The notes below the pieces were generated by a model. That model was not told the DNA's origin and did no database searches. It saw only the letters and a program-made list of their open reading frames with translations. A program made the translations under genes and the position numbers. From Aplysia californica (lineage: Eukaryota), in assembly GCF_000002075.1 (NCBI RefSeq), contig NW_004797434.1, positions 513,368-577,367 of the forward strand: a DNA stretch of 64,000 nt. Direction: 5' to 3'. Of the stretch, positions 1 to 11,864 are shown piece after piece (positions within the stretch are counted from its first letter, which is position 1; each line of letters opens with the position of its first letter).

Positions 1-529
1 TTATATGTCCATTTAAAAAAAGGTTTCAGTAAAGATTTTGTTTTGAAAACCTGTTTGCCAATTGCATAAAAAGACCCTGAGCCCTCCCTAAAAAAGGAAA
101 AGAAGAAGAAGAATTTTCTGTTTTCGAGAATACCCAAGCATTGGAAGTCTCCAAGCTATAGCGGCCACTTTCTGGGTATATTTATCTCTGACACCAGGCG
201 GCCCCCCATCTCCTTCAATCGCAAATATCTCGATTCCTATTACAGAAAGATGATATTTTTCCCCATCAAAAGCAAGACAAATAAACACGCGATAAGATGA
301 TATCAACAACTCCATACGTCCCCCCAAATTGTTTAATAAAACTGACGAGCGCCTGATTCCTCCGCGTTGCGACACAAAATACATGTAGGCCTTGCAGTGA
401 GACTCCTTTCTACGCCAATTTGTCTATTGTTTGCCAAACTCAAGACCTAGATTCTAGATCTATAATAATAGCACATCCATCGAATTCGCGATCAACGCAA
501 AATGAAAAAAAAGGGAATTCCCTATTCTA

Positions 530-2770
530 ATCGTAAACGTGGATCATGACATGCGGATTGGATTTTTCTACACTATGCCAGGATTATAATTTTGCCACAG
601 ACACTCAGCTATTTTGTGTGATCAAACAAAGATACAACCTTGTGCGTGCCAGACGCGGAAAGTGAGAAGTGAGAGCAGATACCTGGGTGGGTTTTGGTTC
701 TAAAATCACACGTGGATCATGACATGTGTATTGCATTTTATACTGCGCCTTGATGATTGTTTCCTCACAGACACTCAGTTATTTTGTTCGATCAAACAAA
801 GAACGATGAAAGATATAACAACGGCATGTGTTACGGATAGACCCATAATGTGAGAACCACTGACCTAAAAATATCTTTTTATTAAGTCAGTGGTGAGAAC
901 AGAATTAAATGTATGTGTGGATGGGCTTTGTGCTAAAAAAATCGCTCGTGGGTCATGACATGCGGATTGCATTCTACACTACGCCATGGCTATAATTTTG
1001 CCACAGACACTCAGTTGTTTCGTGTGATTAAACAAAGATACAACCGTATGCGTGCCAGACAGACGCGTAATGTGAGACTAGATGCGTGGGTGGGTTAAAA
1101 AAATTTTAAAGGACATGATAATGATGACTTCATGGCATCTTACACTACACTATCCGACGGTTATCAAAATTATTTTTGCCACAGACATCCGTTTAATTTG
1201 AGTGATTAAACAAATATACAAGCGTACAGGTGCCAGACAGACCCTTAATGTGAGAGTAGATACATGGATGGGCTTGGTACTAAAACCACGCGTGGATCAT
1301 GACGAGTGCATTGCATTTTACAATGGCAAGGTTATAATTTCATCACAGACACGCAATCATTTTGTGTGATCAAACACAACAAAGATAAACCCACCGCATG
1401 TGTGCCAGACAGACTCGTTATGTGAGAGTGAGAGCAGATATCTGGATAGCCTTGGTATTAAAATCACACGTGGATCATGACAAGCACGTATCTCCTTACA
1501 GTAGATTGCAAAGCGCACTGACAATTTGTGCAATACAATAAATGCTATTTTATAATAATATTATTATTATCATTATTATTAATCATTATTATTATTATTG
1601 TTATTATTATTACATTATGCCACAGCCACCCCGTTATATTGTGCGATCAAACAAATATACAAATGTGCACGTGCCAGACAGACCGGTAATGTGAGAGTAG
1701 ATGGGCCTAGTGGTACTAAATCCACACGTGGATCATGACAGGCACAATTGCATCTATCAGAACACTTTGCGACGAACTATTTTGGTACAGACAACCAGTT
1801 ATTATGTGCTATTAAACGCAGATGCAATGGCATGTTGTACACCCAGGCACGTAGAGAGTGTAGATGCCTGGATGGGCTTGGTACTAAATCCACACGTGGA
1901 TCATGATATGCGCATTGCATGATTTTACACCANNNNNNNNNNNNNNNNNNNNNNNNNNNNNNNNNNNNNNNNNNNNNNNNNNNNNNNNNNNNNNNNNNNN
2001 NNNNNNNNNNNNNNNNNNNNNNNNNNNNNNNNNNNNNNNNNNNNNNNNNNNNNNNNNNNNGAGATACAACAGCATGTGTGCCAGACACCAGATAGACGCA
2101 TGATGTGAGAGCAGTGAGCAATAAATGCATGGGTGAGCTTGGTACTAATAAAACCACGTTGAGGATCATGACATGCGCGTTGCATCTCACAGTACATAAT
2201 ATCATAGATTGTAATGTAAAGCGCATAGAGCCTGATGTTGAGCGGGATTTTGCGCTANNNNNNNNNNNNNNNNNNNNNNNNNNNNNNNNNNNNNNNNNNN
2301 NNNNNNNNNNNNNNNNNNNNNNNNNNNNNNNNNNNNNNNNNNNNNNNNNNNNNNNNNNNNNNNNNNNNNNNNNNNNNNNNNNNNNNNNNNNNNNNNACAT
2401 CCAGTTATTTTGTGTGATCAAAAGACGCGTAATGTGAGAATATAGATGCCTAAATGGGCTTTGTACTAAAATCACACGTGGTTCACAATATGCGCATTGC
2501 ATGATTTTACTCTAGGCCATAAGCTTTTAATTTCGTCATAGACACACAGTTATTTTGTGTGTTCAAACAGGGATACAATTGCATGTGTTACACGCAAACC
2601 CGCAATGCGAGAAGTGAGATCAGATACCTGAATGGGCTTGGTACTAAATCCACACGTGGATCATGACAGGCACAATTGCACCTAGAATCTATCAGTACAC
2701 TGTGTGATGAATTATTTTGTCACAGACAACCAGTTATCTCGTGTGATCATTCAAAGATACTGCGTTGAGC
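530..2770. repeat. Degenerate tandem satellite, ~175-bp monomer, at least 11 copies
   Basis: The anchor (ca)cacgtggatcatgac, or a variant, recurs near 538, 711, 947, 1114, 1290, 1468, 1727, 1895, 2156, 2476 and 2654. Units also share cacagacactcagttattttgtgtgatcaaac and atgggcttggtactaaa. Confidence 0.92.
857..893. mobile_element. 37-bp micro-MITE with 6-bp target-site duplication (TSD)
   Basis: Terminal inverted repeat (TIR) ccactgacctaa / ttaagtcagtgg (11 of 12), flanked by tgagaa at 851-856 and 894-899. Absent from other monomers. Confidence 0.7.
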
Positions 2771-3159
2771 GCTTCGCAGGAGACCAGAGTTGAATTCCTG
2801 GGGTTGGGGGGGGGGGGGGGGGGGGGGGGGGGACCGTCTTTGATCCTCTTACCCGAATGATTTATTTTGTAGAATTCCTTGTTGTTGTTGTTTTTTTGTG
2901 TGTAGATGTTGATTATGCCCCCAGTCATCAAATGCCAGATCTGCGAAAGACATCGGCGATCACGGTTTTTCATTTCTTGTCTTCTCATGTTCTTTTCGTC
3001 ATAGCATTGAGGACTAGGGTGTTTGCGACCTGTCTATCTACTCTGAGAAGAGGCCATGCATGTTGAGGATAGGAGGGTTTTCTTCTCATATGCTTTCGAA
3101 AAAAAAATCTACGAAATCTTTCCCCGTCACCGGGATAATGCAGCTTTTTAATTTGTATG

Positions 3160-3342
3160 CATCTATCGACACAATTTAGATAATTTAGGAGGTTGGCTTC
3201 GACCCTGTCTGTCAGGGTCAACTCGGGCTGAAAGACTTACGACGTCCCAGCAGAAAACCAATCGAGATACACGACAAAAATTACATCCACACGGGGATCG
3301 AATTCGGGTCGAAGCGCCTAACCGCTACATCACCACAGACGT
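3160..3342 (-). mobile_element. tRNA-headed SINE family C; other copies ~3735-3900, 12835-13040, 16150-16345, partial 33620-33745 and 4464-4540 (+)
   Basis: Shared body and a head resembling gcgtctgtggtgtagcggttagg...gagttcgattccc with A and B boxes. Confidence 0.75.
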
Positions 3343-3404
3343 TGATGGTTTAGTTGTTGCTCTCGCCTCCAGTGAAACATGCTTGTAGGGCAGTCTCAGA
3401 ATGA

Positions 3405-3535
3405 CACACACACACAAACACACACAAATACACACAAACGCACACACATGCACACGCACATAAACACACACAGACAAACAAACACACACATAAATATACA
3501 GAGAGAGAGAGGGTGGAGGGAGAGAGAGAGAGAGA

Positions 3536-3590
<55 letters not shown>
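3405..3590. repeat. Compound (CA)-rich / (GA)n microsatellite
   Basis: Direct reading. Confidence 0.97.
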
Positions 3591-3594
<4 letters not shown>

Positions 3595-5043
3595 TGAAAG
3601 CCAGTCGAGCACATGTATCTAATATCATAATACACCTCTTTCACTAACAAGCTGTTGTCATACAATCAGGCTACCCATCAGTTACATTGAAGATGTCTGT
3701 CTTTACACTGTTTGTTTTTTAAATATATGTAAGTGTTTTTACGCCCCCATTGACACAATTTAGAGCTTCCGATCTTGAATGAGAGGGGTACAAGATCCCA
3801 ACAGAAAGACCGAGATACTCAATAAATGTTTTCTTCTTGGGAATCGAACTCGGGTCTACTGCATGTGACAGCGAAGCACCTTACCGCCATACCACAGGCT
3901 CCGACCAGTTCGATCTGACTTTCCGAAGTCTCTGATTCATGGTGTGTGAATTAAGAGAAGCGCGTCGATAGAGAGTAACTGCCACTTAGTGCCTGCTAAA
4001 AGGAAAGACAGGCAGATAGACTTTTAAAAAAGACAGTAAAAAAACGTAAGACCTTCTTCCAGTGACTCCCAACATTCACTCATCTATATGAAACGTTGGT
4101 ATCGTTGTTTGATCACACAAACTAACTGAGTGTCTGTGATAAAAATACATGTAATATGGGCGCAGTGCTAGAATGCGATGTGCGTTGTCATGATCCACGT
4201 GAGGACCGTCGTTCGATAATAAATTGTTTCAACAAGAAAACTTAGCGCGTCTTGCTGGTTGGCGGGTGCTCTGGTGTGGTTTGCTTCTTCTTTCCTATCA
4301 AACATCTATCGTCTTTATCTCCCCTCATTCTTTTTTGTGTTTGTTACTCTCTTGTAATACCTCTAATCTTCGTCATGTATATGACCTTATTGTGTTGCAA
4401 GTGCCGTAAAACACTTACTAAACCAAACAAAACTGCAGGCCTCTTGCTGCTTGGGAAGAACCGGCGTCTGTGGTGAAGCGGTTAGTCTACATATTTTACT
4501 TTGTCAAACCACGCAGAAAACCTGAGTTCGTTTCTCGTGTGGGCCACCTCAGTCAAAGCTATGTCTAATAGATGTGAGCGGCGTGGGTGGTATTACGAGG
4601 GTTACACCTATTGATAGACAGACCTTTGAATTTGAAGTTTATATCTTGATAGACAAACTTTTTTTCTTTGAATTTGAAGCTTGTATCTTGATAGACCAAC
4701 TTTTGTTATTTGAATTTGAAGTTAGTATCAAGCGACAGATGGTGCACCATTAGCTCAGTCGGTATCACGCAGGAATATAAGGGGCATGGCCCTGGTTCGA
4801 ACCCCCAACGAGGCGTTCTGAACTTGAGTTGTTTTGGGGGAGTTTAATGTAAGGCTCTCCACCCAACTGGCGCGAGGTTCTATCGGAGATAGACGTGAAA
4901 TTCGAAGGTCCCGCCAACACGTCGTATTTTCTTTTTTATTGTCGTAAAAGTTTTACGCCACTTGTAACAAAATAAGGTCATATAGGTGCCGAAAATATTT
5001 GAGGTGTTACAAGAGAATGACAAACACAAAAAGGAGGAGGGGG

Positions 5044-5048
<5 letters not shown>

Positions 5049-5078
<30 letters not shown>
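5049..5078. repeat. (TA)n microsatellite
   Basis: Direct reading. Confidence 0.95.
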
Positions 5079-5085
<7 letters not shown>

Positions 5086-6374
5086 GTTTGATAGGAAAGA
5101 AGGGTCAAACTTAAACAACACCAGTGCCCCGGCCAACCACCCACGTTGCGAACTTTGAAGTTTCTCTATCTTCTATCTTGTCTTTCTCTTGCTATTTTTA
5201 CCAAAGGGGAATCAGTTGAGCTCGTGGAAGTCTAAGATCAGCTGGGAGCTGTATCTTGCACTGTGCCCCTTTTCAACCTTTTCAGCTCTTGGCCGTACTG
5301 TGGGCTACATCTGGTTCAAAATCTAGGTGCCTCCCCCCCCCCCATCTTTTCCAGAGCTCTTTGAAAGTAGCTTTAGGTTGTGTGGGTTTCACATCCAAGA
5401 AACACGAAAAACCAAAACTACTATGAGTGAGCTGAACCTTTTCAGTTAGCAAAAATCCGGTTTTAATGAATAACAGCTGAACCAATTTAGCAATAATCCG
5501 GTTGGAAGGAACAATAACGTTCATCGGTGTCCATAACATCAGTGAATGTTTCCAAAGCGCGGAGAGAGTTGGCAGATCCGTGTGTCTTGAAAGGAAAAGC
5601 TATATTATTNNNNNNNNNNNNNNNNNNNNNNNNNNNNNNNNNNNNNNNNNNNNNNNNNNNNNNNNNNNNNNNNNNNNNNNNNNNNNNNNNNNNNNNNNNN
5701 NNNNNNNNNNNNNNNNNNNNNNNNNNNNNNNNNNNNNNNNNNNNNNNNNNNNNNNNNNNNNNNNNNNNNNNNNNNNNNNNNNNNNNNNNNNNNNNNNNNT
5801 CGTACTGTGAGAAAACTAGATGCATTTTTGGCCAAAACGCAGACAAAGGAGGTGGACTGCCTACCCATCATGACTCTTCGTTTTAGTAAGCGTTTTACGG
5901 CACTTTCAACACAATTAGGTCATTTAAGTGCCGAAGATTTGAGGTGTTATAAGGGAGTAACAAAGACAAAAAAGGAGGAGAAATAAGGACAAGAGATGTT
6001 TAACAGTAACAGGAAAGAAGGAGCAAACCTTACGAGAGCACCAGTCAACCACCCACTATCAAGACTCTATGGGAAAAACTGAAGGAATTTTTGGCCTAAA
6101 TGGAGCTGAAGGAGATGAACTTTACTTTTCCCACTATAAACGTGGGGAATTGTTACAATTTTGGCCAAAATGGAGCTGGGGGCGGGGGGGGGGGGGAATT
6201 TTGACAGAGAAGCTAGAGGCCAACAGATATATGCATGAATGGACACGTCAGTGAGTGAAAGTGCTGTGATGCAGCAAGTTCTGTGTGTGCTCTTTGAGGA
6301 CTTTTAATCGTAGACTTTGCATTACATTATAGTTTTATGTTATACTAGATTGTGTACTCTGGTGTAATTTCGGT

Positions 6375-6755
6375 CCACTAACAGGGCAGTGCTGTCTTCA
6401 GGCCATTCCCAAAGGGGGATATTAATTGTTCTTGTGCACAGTAGAATTGTAAATGGGCTGATTTATCAATGTCATGCTCATACTGTGCCGGAACAACATA
6501 TGGGGGGGGAACTGCTGGTTTTTCTTTCCTCATCCTCACTATCGTCATTTTACCTCTAATCTTTTTGTATGTTTGTCCCTCTCTTGTGAACTGCTATTTC
6601 CGGGGTGCCTTGATAGTCGAAGCATGTGCTGTTGAGACTAGAAAGATGAGCAGAGTAAGCCTGATTCCCCGTCTGGACTTTTCTGTTGACATCCACGCCT
6701 TGGCACTCATATGACCTTATGCAGTTGCGAGCGCCGTAAAACCTTACTAAAACAA
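6375..6755 (+). mobile_element. Short retroelement family B (~370 bp); other copies 36122-36510 (-) and 40000-40385 (-)
   Basis: Three alignable copies (ggccattcccaaag...aatgtcatgctcata...ggggtgccttgatag). All end in the shared hairpin tail. Confidence 0.85.
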
Positions 6756-8683
6756 CATAACAGGCGCACTATTGGACTTACTTGGAGCCAAAAGAAGGAC
6801 AAGGGGAGAAAGGTGATGCATATTCTCGACTATTATAGCGAGAGAGATGTTTTGCCCTATGTTTGGGCGCCTGTGGTGCACATTCTTCACAGCAAAGTTT
6901 TCATACAGAGAAACGCGCAGAAGCCATGACAGTGCTCCACCTACAAAATTATAATTTAAATCTATGGGTCTTTGTTTTATATGGGTCTTTGTTTTATACA
7001 TGTATTGTTTTTTGCTGTCTGTAACATACCACCCATGTTCCCTGTTTTGGCAGTAATCTAACTATTCAAGGTTGAAAACTGTCCACCATTGTATAGTTGT
7101 AGGTCTTTTTCATTAGAAAAATGTGTTGGATCATTAAATTGATCAACAAAGAATGTAATAATAATGATAAATAGCATTTGTATAGCTCATCCACTCAACA
7201 GCAAGCTATATGTGCTTTATACTATATTATTACGCCAGCAGACCATAGAACACCTAGAAACATTCTCAGCTTCCCGGGAAGCATACATTGAAAGCAGCTG
7301 ATTAAGCCCTCAAACATTAACAGACTGACAAGATCTTTCCCTGTCTATAGCTGGGTACCGATTCCTACCGGGATGGAGTGAGGAAAATTAGTGTAAAGTG
7401 TAACGGTGTACTGACTTCCTGTACAGCAGCATCTGTTAAAAGTATCATTTAGGGTTAGAACCTGTTAAAATCATTGTATTTTTGGAAAACAGTACTTTTT
7501 TTTCTTGTAGTGTTAGCCCCCATGTGTTGGCCCAATTTCAACACATTTATTTGTGTTTGACAAAAAGTTTCACATAAATAATATGATTACCAAAGTTCAG
7601 CCAATCAATTGAAATCCATAACTCCCCTCAACACATTTATATACAGTACAACACAGATAGGTCGAACACAGAAGACTCAAATTCACACGTCCATCGTACT
7701 GTGCCTGCTGTCCCATCTTTTTTTCTTCTTTACATTGTTCACGTATCTCTCAAATTATGGATCCCTCGAACTACCGAGGACGGTCCCAATGCATTTGAGC
7801 TATCAGTGTTATACTGTATATTGATATAATTAATTAGATACTCACTGAGGGTAATTGCATCAAAGTAAGCCTATTTATAAAGGAGGTGAAAGGATAAAAA
7901 ATTTCTAAAAGTAGTAAAAGCGAAAGTCACACAAATGAAACAAAGTAATTTCCCGTATTTATTTGTTGAGCATGTAAAACAAAGCACTGACTATGCAATG
8001 CTTGAGAACAGAGCGTATCTTGTGACATACAAGTTAAACAGGTTTCATACTATGACGTATTCTCAAAATGAAGAAAAATGGAAAAGAAACATGACTATCA
8101 CAGAGGAAAAGAACAATCAGGCCCTTCATCTCTGATTCTGATTCCAAACATACGACAACAAAAAAAGCAACCAAAAAAAAAAAAAGAACACGGCATACAG
8201 GTCCATCTAAGAAAAATGAAGTTTATGGCACACTGCTTAACAAAAACATAACAACAAACGATTCGTTGTAATGGCGACAAAACCTTTTTGTCCCCACAGA
8301 ATAAGTTCATTACACATAGTTTGTCAAAACTATCAGGAAAATGGAAGTTAGGTCATAACTTGAAAGGACATTTGCATACAAGAAAGTACAAAGCTTGTTC
8401 TGTCTGATATAAGGCATGATGAGAACCATGTTATCCCTTTAACACATCAACATAGCACTTTCACTATGAGTATACAACCACAACATGTCTACAATGACAG
8501 ATGAGGTTTTGACGCAAGCATTTATCGACAAGAAAATTATTTCTGACCTCATTAGAGTTACTGGTTAAGGAAACAAAAACTCTGTACAAAAATAAAACAT
8601 CCCTATTAAGGTAGCAGAACTCTTTTGAATAACCAAACTATGGTCACAATAATAAGAGGTTCTCTCAGACCAAAGTATTCTTG

Positions 8684-8970
8684 TTGTTGTTGTTGTTGTT
8701 GTTATCGATCCAGCAACAGCTGGGCTCTTGCCCTTCTGTCCAATGCCATGTAGTGATAAGTGCAGGTCTGCTACAGTTGCTGTAATGTTCCATAGAGTGT
8801 GTTGTCAATGTTAGGTCTCGGAGGGAGAAGGGTAGCTCTGATGTCATTTAAGGATGTACAGTGGAACAGGTGATGATCCACAGTCTCATATGCATAGTCA
8901 CACAAGGGACACATTGGGGGAGGTTCCGGGTTTATTCTGTTCAAGTGGAATTTGAGCTGTATATGTTCTG
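8684..8970 (-). mobile_element. 5'-truncated I-group-like LINE 3' end with CCHC knuckle; second copy ~20322-20540
   Basis: CPLCDYAYETVDHHLFHC fits Cx2Cx8Hx4C. (CAA)n tail. Perfect TSD aaagtattcttg at 8672-8683 and 8971-8982. Confidence 0.85.
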
Positions 8971-9761
8971 AAAGTATTCTTGAGTGGGTGAAATGTGTTA
9001 AAGTTAAAACCCAGCAAGTTGGTACAACAAAGGCCACATTTCATTAAGAACCGATGAGGACTACGCACCGCAAAAACACTGAAAAGTAAATGATTACACT
9101 AGAATGGCAACCATCTACCAAAGATTTATAATCTTATAAAGGTAATTCATTTCTATACTGAAGCATTTGCGCTTGAAGTCAGTAATTTTTTTAAAGATTC
9201 ACATAATTTGCTTGAGTATTTTGTTTTGGCTACATTCATTATAATTGAAACATCATGACAGTCTTAACACAATGTGGATGAAAATGGTTTTATTATACGG
9301 AAAAACATATCACAGACTAGAAACATTACTACTCAACATTTAAACAAAAATTTTGTGCTCTGCAAATTAGACGCAACTTTTGTTTTAACTCTTTATCTCC
9401 CAGCGTTCGAGGTCGGAACTGTTGTGCTGGTGAGCAGCTGAAAGCAGCCCGGGCAGATTCCTTTACGACAACTTAGACATCACATTACTTTTTGACAAAC
9501 GCCGAAAACAGGTTTCTTTTACCGGAAGTTCTATCATAATAGGTTCACTAGTTTCGATTTTATGACCCTCGGAGATAAAAAGTTTTTAAAAAAGCCCTCA
9601 CAATAAAACAAAGATCTGACGTGAGATTCATTTGAATTTACCTCATGATACCTCAACATTATAGAAGAACAGCAAATAACAGTCTAATCATTAAGACTTA
9701 GTCGTCATTTCTCAAGCCCAGGCTGGCAAGCCCTGGGTTATATCTGCTAATTTTGAGAAAA

Positions 9762-10410
9762 ATAATAATAAATAGCATTTGTATAGTGCATATCCCCGCT
9801 TGACAGCAAGCTCTATGCACTTTACACACTATATTATTACCTCAGCAGACCATAGAACACTCAGAAACATTTTCAGCTTCCCGGGAAGCATACAGTGCAA
9901 GAAGCTGATTAACTATTTAAACCCCATTTCATTTGACGCTGGGAGCATCCGGCGGTAATAACCTTGTTCCCCATTGGACGCTTGGAGCATCTAGTACTAC
10001 TAGTGACGACTGTTTCGTTTTATTTAGTGTTAGTTTTTGCTTGTTTTCCGGAACTATTCCAGAACAAACCTTTTTTGTAATGACTAAATCTTCGTTTCCG
10101 CCATTTACAAGTTGGAGGCAAGCTTTTGCGGTTATAATGAGACATAGTGCACCAGGTTTAGGTGACTAAAAAGAAATGCTGCGGGAACTGGGGGAAAAAA
10201 CTCAGGGTTTAAAGAGTTAAGTGCTCAAACACTAACAAACTGACAATATCTTTCACTGTCTATAGCTAGGTACCCATTCCCACCTGAGTGAAGTGAGGAA
10301 AATTCACATTAAGTGCCTTTCCCAAGAACACAATGCCACACCCCTGATGGAATTCGAACCCACGACCTTATAGTTGCCAGTTTGAGAGCTTAATCACTAA
10401 GCCACCGATC
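9762..10410 (-). mobile_element. CORE-type SINE with L2-like (TAT)n tail; other copies ~7157-7402, 12530-12680 (+), 41843-42030, 50980-51260
   Basis: tRNA B box gggttcgaattcc, CORE-like ttgtgttcttgggaaaggcactt, and tail tatacaaatgctatttattattatt. Confidence 0.75.
9913..10216. mobile_element. TTAA-flanked (piggyBac-like) MITE nested in the SINE
   Basis: TTAA at 9909-9912 and 10217-10220. TIR ctatttaaaccc / gggtttaaagag. The host rejoins as in the 7297 copy. Confidence 0.8.
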
Positions 10411-11754
10411 ATCCTACTTAGAAATACACGTAGGTGGGTGGTACAACAAGATTAGCCAATTACAGGTGGCAAAAGTAGCAACTAGATATAAAAAGGTTGA
10501 CAAGGACTGCTCTAACCCTAACACAATGTTCAACATACATAATACATAGAATAGTAACTTCTTGGGTAATGTGGAGGTCTGGTGAAGACACTGCAGTTTT
10601 CCATTTTCATCTCTATCTCAGGCTTTCTACAGGGGTCTGGGGAAATTCTTTTCTTTGTTCAGGTATTGACTTCATCTGAAGAGCTCTTCTGCAGTCCTCC
10701 TCACCACTTCCCTTCACAGATTAATGGCCCTGGATAGGCATTAATGTCCAGTAAAATGACCAAGCCAGACCAAAGTAAATATATGTCACCTCAAGTAATA
10801 TGTCCATACTAGACCAAAATAACTTTAAAAACAATCTTCTCAGTATTTCTAACATTACATTCAATGGATCATATCGAAAATAAGTTCGCATCACCTCTAT
10901 ATGAAATAACAACTAAGTTAAAGGTGCGCTATTGGTTTATGACAGCCGCAAAGTCAGTTTGTCTGGCCTGTCGCTATGCCACCATGCAGAAAATAAAAAC
11001 TTGGAAGATGCGTTTATAGTAGTATGCTCAAGATTTGGTCACCAAAATAATTTAATCTTTTCATTGAACCCTACAGTGCCTATTTAAAGTGCTTTTATAG
11101 CCTTTTACCTTTGGCAAATGTATCACACTTTTGCTCAGCATTAATGAGACGAAACAATTATCCTGCCTGTGCTCAGCATTCTCTCAGCTATACAACCCAC
11201 TTTGAAAACAGTTTGGTGACTCCTGGTCTGTGAGGTAAATCACTAGATCTAGTACAAGCCAACAATAACACCTCTGGTTACAATAATGATGTGCTTTCAT
11301 AGACTTCATAACTTCTAGCAAGTGTATCACACTCTTTTTCAGATTTAATGTACAAAAGTTTATACTGTAGAGCTATTCAATAAGTTGCATACTGATACTG
11401 TTTTATCATAAAGCAATTCCAAAGACTCTCTTCCCATGAAATCTGTTCTATGATCCCAGCAGTTTCATTACAAAGATGATGACTTGATAGACCTGGTCAA
11501 ATCCACCATATTACTTAACAGATACCTTCAATACGTAAGAGGACAATGCATAGGATACTGAATTCTGGATAAGTCTTTTTCTGGCAAAGTACATGAATAG
11601 AACTTGGAAAATAATTCAGATAATCTTTATGGTAAGCTTCACAACCAGTCATACCATTTTTCAACAAACTTACAAATGGCTCATCATTTCTCATACAGTT
11701 GAACACCCTGATAAGGACAGACTACTGCCCAGACTTTTAGCACTCAGCTCCAGG

Positions 11755-11864
11755 TTAAAAATTAACTGTGGACATATCCAAGGTGGTCTTGGTCTTGGTG
11801 TGGTACAAAGCCGTATCTTCTATGAGTCCAGTGTCGTAGTTTATGGGCCGACTGGTTGGGATAT
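11755..11864 (-). CDS. GSAP: GSAP last coding exon (NIPTSRPINYDTGLIEDTALYHTKTKTTLDMSTVNF*)
   Basis: tcctag acceptor and TAA at 11757-11755. Resembles the human C-terminus FVEEAALKHT. Confidence 0.92.

Noticed and set aside
88-384. 98-aa minus-strand ORF
   Set aside because: No recognisable domain or supporting splice pattern. It could be a transposon fragment or an upstream regulatory region, but I cannot support either.
530-2770. CRISPR-like array, or a repeated coding exon (DAWMGL resembles C-type lectin AWIGL)
   Set aside because: The inter-anchor sequences are homologous to each other rather than unique spacers, there are no cas genes, and the context is eukaryotic. Monomers carry stops and frameshifting indels, and no lectin cysteine pattern is present.
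2806-2832. Long poly-G/C runs (also 6184, 43444, 53548-53594, 57125)
   Set aside because: Simple homopolymers of unreliable length in a gapped assembly, with no supportable function.
3325-3665. Low-complexity ORFs (LSLS, CVCV, HTHT; also 30092-30338)
   Set aside because: Translations of microsatellites.
4741-4815. tRNA genes (also 12360-12430, 19890-19963, 43367-43445, 48020-48092)
   Set aside because: A/B boxes are present but the cloverleaf stems do not pair, and each continues into repeat-like body sequence. They are SINE heads.
6375-6500. Self-cleaving ribozyme at the 5' end of family B
   Set aside because: I could not find a hammerhead CUGANGA/GAAA core or build an HDV-like pseudoknot by eye. 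An Infernal/RNAMotif scan would be needed.
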